DNA from: Eledone cirrhosa
Lineage: Eukaryota
Length of the DNA stretch: 64,000 bases
Assembly (NCBI GenBank): GCA_964016885.1
Contig: OZ024740.1
Coordinates: 438,402,001 to 438,466,000 of the forward strand
Direction: 5' to 3'
Shown here: positions 47,400 to 61,300 of the stretch, piece by piece
Numbering within the stretch: the stretch's first letter is position 1
How the letters are laid out: every line of letters starts with the position of its first letter
The notes under the pieces: model-generated
Databases searched by the model: none
Told to the model about the DNA's origin: nothing
Seen by the model: the letters and a program-made list of their open reading frames with translations, nothing else
Made by a program: the position numbers and the translations under genes

Positions 47400-50300
47400 T
47401 AGAACACACCTTTATAGAATACACCTTAATATAACATACCTTAATAGAACACACCTTAATAGAACTTATCTTGATAGTACATACCTTTATAGAACATACC
47501 TTTATAGAATATACCTTTATAGTATGTACCCTTATAGAACACACCTTTATAGTACATACCTTAAAAGAACATACCTTTATAGAACACACCTTTATAGTAC
47601 AAACATTAATAGAACATACCTTAATAGAACATACCTTTATAGAACATACTTTAATAGAACATGCCTTTATAGAACATACTTTAATAGAACATGCCTTTAT
47701 AGAACAGACCTTTATAGAACATACCTTTATAGTTATTACCTTTATAGAACATACCTTAATAGAACATAACTTTATAGAACACACCTTTATAGAACAGACC
47801 CTTATAGAACATACCTTTATAGAATATACCTTTATAGAACAGACCTTTATAGAACATACCTTTATAGAACACACCTTAATAGAACATGCCTTTATAGAAC
47901 AGGCCTTTATAGAACATAACTTTATAGTACATACCTTTATAGTACATACCTTAATAGAACATGCCTTTATAGAAAATACCTTTATAGAACAGACCTTTAT
48001 AGAACATACCTTTATAGAAAATACCTTTCTAGAAAATACCTTTATAGAACATACCTTTATAGAACATACCTTTATAGAACATACCTTTATAGAACATACC
48101 TTTATAGAACATACCTTTATAGAATATACCTTTATAGAATATACCTTTATAGAACATACCTTTATAGAACATACCTTTATAGAACACACCTTAATAGAAC
48201 ATACCTTTATAGAACATAACTTTATAGAACATACCTTTATAGAACATAACTTTATAGAACATACCTTTATAGAACATACCTTTATAGAACATACCTTTAT
48301 AGAATATACCTTTATAGAATATATCTTTATAGAACAGACCTTTATAGAACATACCTTTATAGAACATACCTTTATAGAACATACCTTTATAGAACAGACC
48401 TTTATAGAACATACCTTTATAGAAAATACCTTTATAGAACATACCTTTATAGAATATACCTTTATAGAATATACCTTTATAGAACAGACCTTTATAGAAC
48501 ATACCTTTATAGAACATACCTTTATAGAACATACCTTTATAGAACATACATTTATAGAACATACCTTTATAGAAAATACCTTTATAGAACATACCTTTAT
48601 AGAACACACCTTTATAGAACATACCTTTATTGAACATACCTCAATATAACATACCTTAATTGAACACACCTTTATAGAACACACCTTAATAGAACACACC
48701 TTTATAGGACCATACCTTAATAGAACATACCTTTATAGAACAGACCTTTATAGAACATACCTTTATAGAACATACCTTTATAGAACACACCTTAATAGAA
48801 CATACCTTTATAGAACATAACTTTATAGAACATACATTTATAGAACATAACTTTATAGAACATACCTTTATAGAACATACCTTTATAGAACATACCTTTA
48901 TAGAATATATCTTTATAGAATATATCTTTATAGAACAGACCTTTATAGAACATACCTTTATAGAACATACCTTTATAGAACATACCTTTATAGAACAGAC
49001 CTTTATAGAAAATACCTTTATAGAACAGACCTTTATAGAACATACCTTTATAGAAAATACCTTTATAGAAAATACCTTTATAGAACATACCTTTATAGAA
49101 CATACCTTTATAGAACATACCTCTATAGAACACACCTTATGAGAACATACCTTTATAGTACATACCTTTATAGTACAAACCTTAATAGAACATACCTTTA
49201 TAGAACATAGCTTTATAGAACACACCTTAATAGAACACACTTTTATAGAACATAGCTTAATAGAACATACCTTTATAGAACAGACCTTTATAGAACATAC
49301 CTTTATAGAACATACCTTTATAGAACATACCTTTATAGAACACACCTTTATAGAACAGACCTTTATAGAACATACCTCTATAGAACATACCTTTATAGAA
49401 TAGACCTTTATAGAACATACCTTTATAGAACATACCTTTATAGAATAGACCTTTATAGACCATAGCTTTTTAGAACACACCTTTATAGAACATACCTTTA
49501 TAGAACACACCTTTATAGAACAGACCTTTATAGAACATACCTCTATAGAACATACCTTTATAGAATAGACCTTTATAGAACATACCTTTATAGAACATAC
49601 CTTTATAGAATAGACCTTTATAGACCATAGCTTTTTAGAACACACCTTTATAGAACATACCTTTATAGAACACACCTTTATAGAACATACCTTTATATTA
49701 CACAACTTTATAGTACACACCTTTAGCGTACATACCTTAATAGAACATACCTTTATAGAACATATCTTTAGAGAATATATCTTTATAGAATAGACCTTTA
49801 TAGAACATACCTTTATAGAACACACCTTTATAATACATAACTTTATAGAACACACCTTTATAGAACTTACCTTTATAGAACATACCTTTATAGAACACAC
49901 CTTTATAGAATACACCTTAATATAACATACCTTAATAGAACACACCTTAATAGAACTTATCTTGATAGTACATACCTTTATAGAACATACCTTTATAGAA
50001 TATACCTTTATAGAATGTACCCTTATAGAACACACCTTTATAGTACATACCTTAAAAGAACATACCTTTATAGAACACACCTTTATAGTACAAACATTAA
50101 TAGAACATACCTTAATAGAACATACCTTTATAGAACATACTTTAATAGAACATGCCTTTATAGAACATACTTTAATAGAACATGCCTTTATAGAACAGAC
50201 CTTTATAGAACATACCTTTATAGTTATTACCTTTATAGAACATACCTTAATAGAACATAACTTTATAGAACACACCTTTATAGAACAGACCCTTATAGAA

Positions 50301-53300
50301 CATACCTTTATAGAATATACCTTTATAGAACAGACCTTTATAGAACATACCTTTATAGAACACACCTTAATAGAACATGCCTTTATAGAACAGGCCTTTA
50401 TAGAACATAACTTTATAGTACATACCTTTATAGTACATACCTTAATAGAACATGCCTTTATAGAAAATACCTTTATAGAACAGACCTTTATAGAACATAC
50501 CTTTATAGAAAATACCTTTCTAGAAAATACCTTTATAGAACATACCTTTATAGAACATACCTTTATAGAACATACCTTTATAGAACACACCTTAATAGAA
50601 CATACCTTTATAGAACATACCTTTATAGAACATACCTTTATAGAACATAACTTCATAGAACATACCTTTATAGAACATACCTTTATAGAACATACCTTTA
50701 TAGAATATACCTTTATAGAATATACCTTTATAGAACATACCTTTATAGAACATACCTTTATAGAACACACCTTAATAGAACATACCTTTATAGAACATAA
50801 CTTTATAGAACATACCTTTATAGAACATAACTTTATAGAACATACCTTTATAGAACATACCTTTATAGAACATACCTTTATAGAATATACCTTTATAGAA
50901 TATATCTTTATAGAACAGACCTTTATAGAACATACCTTTATAGAACATACCTTTATAGAACATACCTTTATAGAACAGACCTTTATAGAACATACCTTTA
51001 TAGAAAATACCTTTATAGAACATACCTTTATAGAATATACCTTTATAGAATATACCTTTATAGAACAGACCTTTATAGAACATACCTTTATAGAACATAC
51101 CTTTATAGAACATACCTTTATAGAACACACCTTTATAGAACATACCTTTATTGAACATACCTCAATATAACATACCTTAATTGAACACACCTTTATAGAA
51201 CACACCTTAATAGAACACACCTTTATAGGACCATACCTTAATAGAACATACCTTTATAGAACAGACCTTTATAGAACATACCTTTATAGAACATACCTTT
51301 ATAGAACACACCTTAATAGAACATACCTTTATAGAACATAACTTTATAGAACATACCTTTATAGAACATAACTTTATAGAACATACCTTTATAGAACATA
51401 CCTTTATAGAACATACCTTTATAGAATATACCTTTATAGAATATATCTTTATAGAACAGACCTTTATAGAACATACCTTTATAGAACATACCTTTATAGA
51501 ACATACCTTTATAGAACAGACCTTTATAGAAAATACCTTTATAGAACAGACCTTTATAGAACATACCTTTATAGAAAATACCTTTATAGAAAATACCTTT
51601 ATAGAACATACCTTTATAGAACATACCTTTATAGAACATACCTCTATAGAACACACCTTATGAGAACATACCTTTATAGTACATACCTTTATAGTACAAA
51701 CCTTAATAGAACATACCTTTATAGAACATAGCTTTATAGAACATACCTTTATAGAACAGACCTTTATAGAACATACCTTTATAGAACATACCTTTATAGA
51801 ACAGACCTTTATAGAAAATACCTTTATAGAACAGACCTTTATAGAACATACCTTTATAGAAAATACCTTTATAGAAAATACCTTTATAGAACATACCTTT
51901 ATAGAACATACCTTTATAGAACATACCTCTATAGAACACACCTTATGAGAACATACCTTTATAGTACATACCTTTATAGTACAAACCTTAATAGAACATA
52001 CCTTTATAGAACATAGCTTTATAGAACATACCTTTATAGAACAGACCTTTATAGAACATACCTTTATAGAACATACCTTTATAGAACATACCTTTATAGA
52101 ACACACCTTTATAGAACAGACCTTTATAGAACATACTTCTATAGAACATACCTTTATAGAATAGACCTTTATAGAACATACCTTTATAGAACATACCTTT
52201 ATAGAATAGACCTTTATAGACCATACCTTTTTAGAACACACCTTTATAGAACATACCTTTATAGAACACACCTTTATAGAACATACCTTTATATTACACA
52301 ACTTTATAGTACACACCTTTAGCGTACATACCTTAATAGAACATACCTTTATAGAACATATCTTTAGAGAATATATCTTTATAGAATAGACCTTTATAGA
52401 AAATACCTTTATAGAACACACCTTTATAATACATAACTTTATAGAACACACCTTTATAGAACTTACCTTTATAGAACATACCTTTATAGAACACACCTTT
52501 ATAGAATACACCTTAATATAACATACCTTAATAGAACACACCTTAATAGAACTTATCTTGATAGTACATACCTTTATAGAACATACCTTTATAGAATATA
52601 ACTTTATAGAATGTACCCTTATAGAACACACCTTTATAGTACATACCTTAAAAGAACATACCTTTATAGAACACACCTTTATAGTACATACATTAATAGA
52701 ACATACCTTAATAGAACATACCTTTATAGAACATACTTTAATAGAACATGCCTTTATAGAACATACTTTAATAGAACATGCCTTTATAGAACAGACCTTT
52801 ATAGAACATACCTTTATAGTTATTACCTTTATAGAACATACCTTAATAGAACATAACTTTATAGAACACACCTTTATAGAACAGACCCTTATAGAACATA
52901 CCTTTATAGAATATACCTTTATAGAACAGACCTTTATAGAACATACCTTTATAGAACACACCTTAATAGAACATGCCTTTATAGAACAGGCCTTTATAGA
53001 ACATAACTTTATAGTACATACCTTTATAGTACATACCTTAATAGAACATGCCTTTATAGAAAATACCTTTATAGAACAGACCTTTATCGAACATACCTTT
53101 ATAGAAAATACCTTTCTAGAAAATACCTTTATAGAACATACCTTTATAGAACATACCTTTATAGAACATACCTTTATAGAACAGACCTTAATAGAACATA
53201 CCTTTATAGAACATACCTTTATAGAACATACCTTTATAGAACATAACTTTATAGAACATACCTTTATAGAACATACCTTTATAGAACATACCTTTATAGA

Positions 53301-53960
53301 ATATACCTTTATAGAATATACCTTTATAGAACCTACCTTTATAGAACATACCTTTATAGAACACACCTTAATAGAACATACCTTTATAGAACATAACTTT
53401 ATAGAACATACCTTTATAGAACATAACTTTATAGAACATACCTTTATAGAACATACCTTTATAGAACATACCTTTATAGAATATACCTTTATAGAATATA
53501 TCTTTATAGAACAGACCTTTATAGAACATACCTTTATAGAACATACCTTTATAGAACATACCTTTATAGAACAGACCTTTATAGAACATACCTTTATAGA
53601 AAATACCTTTATAGAACATACCTTTATAGAATATACCTTTATAGAATATACCTTTATAGAACAGACCTTTATAGAACATACCTTTATAGAACATACCTTT
53701 ATAGAACATACCTTTATAGAACATACCTTTATAGAACATACCTTTATAGAAAATACCTTTATAGAACATACCTTTATAGAACACACCTTTATAGAACATA
53801 CCTTTATTGAACATACCTCAATATAACATACCTTAATTGAACACACCTTTATAGAACACACCTTAATAGAACACACCTTTATAGGACCATACCTTAATAG
53901 AACATACCTTTATAGAACAGACCTTTATAGAACATACCTTTATAGAACATACCTTTATAG
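47400..53960. repeat. Related blocks of ~2.5-2.7 kb (offsets 2,521 and 2,656 bp) delimited by a 16-bp GGACC monomer
   Basis: TATAGGACCATACC with GG at 48707, 51228 and 53884. Similar ORFs begin at 47471, 49962 and 52558. Confidence 0.82.
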
Positions 53961-55394
53961 AACACACCTTAATAGAACATACCTTTATAGAACATACCTT
54001 TATAGAACACACCTTTATAGAACATACCTTTATAGAATATACCTTTCTAGAACATACCTTTATAGAACAGATCATTATAGAACATACCTTTATAGTACAT
54101 ACCTTTATAGTACATACCTTAATAGACATACCTTTATAGAACACACCTTTATAGAATAGACCTTTATAGAACATACCTTTATAGAACATACCTTTATAGA
54201 ATAGACCTTTATAGAACATACCTTTTTAGAACACACCTTTATAGAACATACCTTTATAGAACACACCTTTATAGAACATACCTTTATATTACACAACTTT
54301 ATAGTACACACCTTTAGCGTACATACCTTAATAGAACATACCTTTATAGAACATATCTTTAGAGAATATATCTTTATAGAATTGACCTTTATAGAACATA
54401 CCTTTATAGAACACACCTTTATAATACATAACTTTATAGAACACACCTTTATAGAACATACCTTTATAGGACATACCTTTATAGAACACACCTTTATAGA
54501 ATACACCTTAATATAACATACCTTAATAGAACACACCTTTATAGAACTTATCTTTATAGTACATACCTTTATAGAACACACCTTTATAGAATATACCTTT
54601 ATAGAATGTACCCTTATAGAACACACCTTTATAGTACATACCTTAAAAGAACATACCTTTATAGAACACACCTTTATAGTACATACATTAATAGAACATA
54701 CCTTAATAGAACATACCTTTATAGAACAAACTTTAATAGAACATGCCTTTATAGAACATACTTTAATAGAACATGCCTTTATAGAACAGACCTTTATAGA
54801 ACATACCTTTATGGTTATTACCTTTGTAGAACATACCTTAATAGAACATACCTTTATAGAACACACCTTTATAGAACAGAACCTTATAGAACATACCTTT
54901 ATAGAATATACCTTTATAGAACAGACCTTTATAGAGCATACCTTTATAGAACACACATTAATAGAACATGCCTTTATAGAACAGGCCTTTATAGAACATA
55001 CCTTTATAATACATACCTTTATAGTACATACCTTAATAGAACATGCCTTTATAGAAAATACCTTTATAGAACAGACCTTTATAGAAAATACCTTTATAGA
55101 AAATACCTTTATAGAACATACCTTTATAGAACATACCTTTATAGAACATACCTTTATAGAACACACCTTAATAGAACATACCTTTATAGAACATAACTTT
55201 ATAGAACATACCTTTATAGAACATAACTTGATAGAACATACCTTTATAGAACATACCTTAATAGAACATACCTTTATAGAACAAACCTTTATAGAATAGA
55301 CCTTTATAGAACATACCTTTATAGAACATACCTTTATAGAACACACCTTTATAGAACATACCTTTATAGAACATACCTTTATAGAATAGACCTT

Positions 55395-58300
55395 TATAGA
55401 ACATACCTTTTTAGAACACACCTTTATAGAACATACCTTTATAGAACACACCTTTATAGAACATACCTTTATATTACACAACTTTATAGTACACACCTTT
55501 AGCGTACATACCTTAATAGAACATACCTTTATAGAACATATCTTTAGAGAATATATCTTTATAGAATAGACCTTTATAGAACATACCTTTATAGAACACA
55601 CCTTTATAATACATAACTTTATAGAACACACCTTTATAGAACATACCTTTATAGAACATACCTTTATAGAACACACCTTTATAGAATACACCTTAATATA
55701 ACATACCTTAATAGAACACACCTTTATAGAACTTATCTTTATAGTACATACCTTAATTGAACACACCTTTATAGAACACACCTTAATAGAACACACCTTT
55801 ATAGTACATACCTTAAAAGAACATACCTTTATAGAACACACCTTTATAGTACATACATTAATAGAACATACCTTAATAGAACATACCCTTATAGAACATA
55901 CTTTAATAGAACATGCCTTTATAGAACAGACCTTTATAGAACATACCTTTATAGTTATTACCTTTATAGAACATACCTTAATAGAACATACCTTTATAGA
56001 ACACACATTTATAGAACAGACCCTTATAGAACATACCTTTATAGAATATACCTTTATAGAACAGACCTTTATAGAACATACCTTTATAGAACACACCTTA
56101 ATAGAACAAGCCTTTATAGAACAGGCCTTTATAGAACATATCTTTATAGTACATACCTTTATAGTACATACCTTAATAGAACATGCCTTTATAGAAAATA
56201 CCTTTATAGAACAGACCTTTATAGAACATACCTTTATAGAAAATACCTTTATAGAAAATACCTTTATAGAACATACCTTTATAGAACATACCTTTATAGA
56301 ACATACCTTTATAGAACACACCTTAAGAGAACATACATTTATAGAACATACCTTTATAGAACATACCTTTATAGAACATACCTTTATAGAACATACCTTT
56401 CAGAACATACCTTTATAGAACATACCTTTATAGAATATACCTTTATAGAATATACCTTTATAGAACAGACCTTTATAGAACATACCTTTATAGAACATAA
56501 CTTTATAGAACATACCTTTATAGAACAGACCTTTATAGAACATACCTTTATAGAAAATACCTTTATAGAACAGACCTTTATAGAACACACCTTTATAGAA
56601 CATACCTTTATTGAACATACCTCAATATAACATACCTTAATAGAACACACCTTTATAGAACACACCTTAATAGAACACACCTTTATAGACCATACCTTAA
56701 TAGAACATACCTTTATAGAACAGACCTTTATAGAACATGCCTTTATAGAACATACCTTTATAGAACACACCTTAATAGAACATACCTTTATAGAACATAC
56801 CTTTATAGAACACACCTTTATAGAACACACCTTTATAGAATATAGCTTTCTAGAACATACCTTTATAGAACAGATCTTTATAGAACATTCCTTTATAGTA
56901 CATACCTTTATAGTACATACCTTAATAGAACACACCTTTATAGAATATAGCTTAATAGAACGTACCTTTATAGAACAGACCTTTTTAGAACATACCTTTA
57001 TAGAACATACCTTTATAGAACATACCTTTATTGAACACACCTTTATAGAATAGACCTTTATAGAACATACCTCTATAGAACATACCTTTATAGAATAGAC
57101 CTTTATAGAACATACCTTTATAGAACATACATTTATAGAATAGACCTTTATAGAACATACCTTTATAGAATACACCTTTATAGAACAGATCTTTTTAGAA
57201 CATACCTTCATAGAACACACCTTTATAGAACACACCTTTATAGAACACACCTTTATAGAATAGACCTTTATAGAACATACCTCTATAGAACATACCTTTA
57301 TAGAACAGACCTTTATAGAACATACCTTTATAGAACATACCTTTATAGAACACACCTTAATAGAACATACCTTTATAGAACATAACTTTATAGAACATAC
57401 CTTTATAGAACATAACTTTATAGAACATACCTTTATAGAACATACCTTTATAGAACATACCTTTATAGAATATACCTTTATAGAATATATCTTTATAGAA
57501 CAGACCTTTATAGAACATACCTTTATAGAACATACCTTTATAGAACATACCTTTATAGAACAGACCTTTATAGAAAATACCTTTATAGAACAGACCTTTA
57601 TAGAACATACCTTTATAGAAAATACCTTTATAGAAAATACCTTTATAGAACATACCTTTATAGAACATACCTTTATAGAACATACCTCTATAGAACACAC
57701 CTTATGAGAACATACCTTTATAGTACATACCTTTATAGTACAAACCTTAATAGAACATACCTTTATAGAACATAGCTTTATAGAACACACCTTAATAGAA
57801 CACACTTTTATAGAACATAGCTTAATAGAACATACCTTTATAGAACAGACCTTTATAGAACATACCTTTATAGAACATACCTTTATAGAACATACCTTTA
57901 TAGAACACACCTTTATAGAACAGACCTTTATAGAACATACCTCTATAGAACATACCTTTATAGAATAGACCTTTATAGAACATACCTTTATAGAACATAC
58001 CTTTATAGAATAGACCTTTATAGACCATAGCTTTTTAGAACACACCTTTATAGAACATACCTTTTTAGAACACACCTTTATAGAACATACCTTTATAGAA
58101 CACACCTTTATAGAACATACCTTTATATTACACAACTTTATAGTACACACCTTTAGCGTACATACCTTAATAGAACATACCTTTATAGAACATATCTTTA
58201 GAGAATATATCTTTATAGAATAGACCTTTATAGAACATACCTTTATAGAACACACCTTTATAATACATAACTTTATAGAACACACCTTTATAGAACATAC

Positions 58301-61300
58301 CTTTATAGAACATACCTTTATAGAACACACCTTTATAGAATACACCTTAATATAACATACCTTAATAGAACACACCTTTATAGAACTTATCTTTATAGTA
58401 CATACCTTAATTGAACACACCTTTATAGAACACACCTTAATAGAACACACCTTTATAGTACATACCTTAAAAGAACATACCTTTATAGAACACACCTTTA
58501 TAGTACATACATTAATAGAACATACCTTAATAGAACATACCCTTATAGAACATACTTTAATAGAACATGCCTTTATAGAACAGACCTTTATAGAACATAC
58601 CTTTATAGTTATTACCTTTATAGAACATACCTTAATAGAACATACCTTTATAGAACACACATTTATAGAACAGACCCTTATAGAACATACCTTTATAGAA
58701 TATACCTTTATAGAACAGACCTTTATAGAACATACCTTTATAGAACACACCTTAATAGAACAAGCCTTTATAGAACAGGCCTTTATAGAACATATCTTTA
58801 TAGTACATACCTTTATAGTACATACCTTAATAGAACATGCCTTTATAGAAAATACCTTTATAGAACAGACCTTTATAGAACATACCTTTATAGAAAATAC
58901 CTTTATAGAAAATACCTTTATAGAACATACCTTTATAGAACATACCTTTATAGAACATACCTTTATAGAACACACCTTAAGAGAACATACCTTTATAGAA
59001 CATACCTTTATAGAACATACCTTTATAGAACATACCTTTATAGAACATACCTTTCAGAACATACCTTTATAGAACATACCTTTATAGAATATACCTTTAT
59101 AGAATATACCTTTATAGAACAGACCTTTATAGAACATACCTTTATAGAACATAACTTTATAGAACATACCTTTATAGAACAGACCTTTATAGAACATACC
59201 TTTATAGAAAATACCTTTATAGAACAGACCTTTATAGAACACACCTTTATAGAACATACCTTTATTGAACATACCTCAATATAACATACCTTAATAGAAC
59301 ACACCTTTATAGAACACACCTTAATAGAACACACCTTTATAGACCATACCTTAATAGAACATACCTTTATAGAACAGACCTTTATAGAACATGCCTTTAT
59401 AGAACATACCTTTATAGAACACACCTTAATAGAACATACCTTTATAGAACATACCTTTATAGAACACACCTTTATAGAACACACCTTTATAGAATATAGC
59501 TTTCTAGAACATACCTTTATAGAACAGATCTTTATAGAACATTCCTTTATAGTACATACCTTTATAGTACATACCTTAATAGAACACACCTTTATAGAAT
59601 ATAGCTTAATAGAACGTACCTTTATAGAACAGACCTTTTTAGAACATACCTTTATAGAACATACCTTTATAGAACATACCTTTATTGAACACACCTTTAT
59701 AGAATAGACCTTTATAGAACATACCTCTATAGAACATACCTTTATAGAATAGACCTTTATAGAACATACCTTTATAGAACATACATTTATAGAATAGACC
59801 TTTATAGAACATACCTTTATAGAATACACCTTTATAGAACAGATCTTTTTAGAACATACCTTCATAGAACACACCTTTATAGAACACACCTTTATAGAAC
59901 ACACCTTTATAGAATAGACCTTTATAGAACATACCTCTATAGAACATACCTTTATAGAACAGACCTTTATAGAACATACCTTTATAGAACATACCTTTAT
60001 AGAACACACCTTAATAGAACATACCTTTATAGAACATAACTTTATAGAACATACCTTTATAGAACATAACTTTATAGAACATACCTTTATAGAACATACC
60101 TTTATAGAACATACCTTTATAGAATATACCTTTATAGAATATATCTTTATAGAACAGACCTTTATAGAACATACCTTTATAGAACATACCTTTATAGAAC
60201 ATACCTTTATAGAACAGACCTTTATAGAAAATACCTTTATAGAACAGACCTTTATAGAACATACCTTTATAGAAAATACCTTTATAGAAAATACCTTTAT
60301 AGAGCATACCTTTATAGAACATACCTTTATAGAACATACCTCTATAGAACACACCTTATGAGAACATACCTTTATAGTACATACCTTTATAGTACAAACC
60401 TTAATAGAACATACCTTTATAGAACATAGCTTTATAGAACACACCTTAATAGAACACACTTTTATAGAACATAGCTTAATAGAACATACCTTTATAGAAC
60501 AGACCTTTATAGAACATACCTTTATAGAACATACCTTTATAGAACATACCTTTATAGAACACACCTTTATAGAACAGACCTTTATAGAACATACCTCTAT
60601 AGAACATACCTTTATAGAATAGACCTTTATAGAACATACCTTTATAGAACATACCTTTATAGAATAGACCTTTATAGACCATAGCTTTTTAGAACAAACC
60701 TTTATAGAACATACCTTTATAGAACACACCTTTATAGAACATACCTTTATATTACACAACTTTATAGTACACACCTTTAGCGTACATACCTTAATAGAAC
60801 ATACCTTTATAGAACATATCTTTAGAGAATATATCTTTATAGAATAGACCTTTATAGAACATACCTTTATAGAACACACCTTTATAATACATAACTTTAT
60901 AGAACACACCTTTATAGAACTTACCTTTATAGAACATACCTTTATAGAACACACCTTTATAGAATACACCTTAATATAACATACCTTAATAGAACACACC
61001 TTAATAGAACTTATCTTGATAGTACATACCTTTATAGAACATACCTTTATAGAATATACCTTTATAGAATGTACCCTTATAGAACACACCTTTATAGTAC
61101 ATACCTTAAAAGAACATACCTTTATAGAACACACCTTTATAGTACAAACATTAATAGAACATACCTTAATAGAACATACCTTTATAGAACATACTTTAAT
61201 AGAACATGCCTTTATAGAACATACTTTAATAGAACATGCCTTTATAGAACAGACCTTTATAGAACATACCTTTATAGTTATTACCTTTATAGAACATACC

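Noticed and set aside
56395-56403. + strand TTTCAG as a nematode-type splice acceptor (3 copies)
   Set aside because: It lies on the opposite strand to the donor motifs, there are no good + strand donors, and one amplified mutation explains it.
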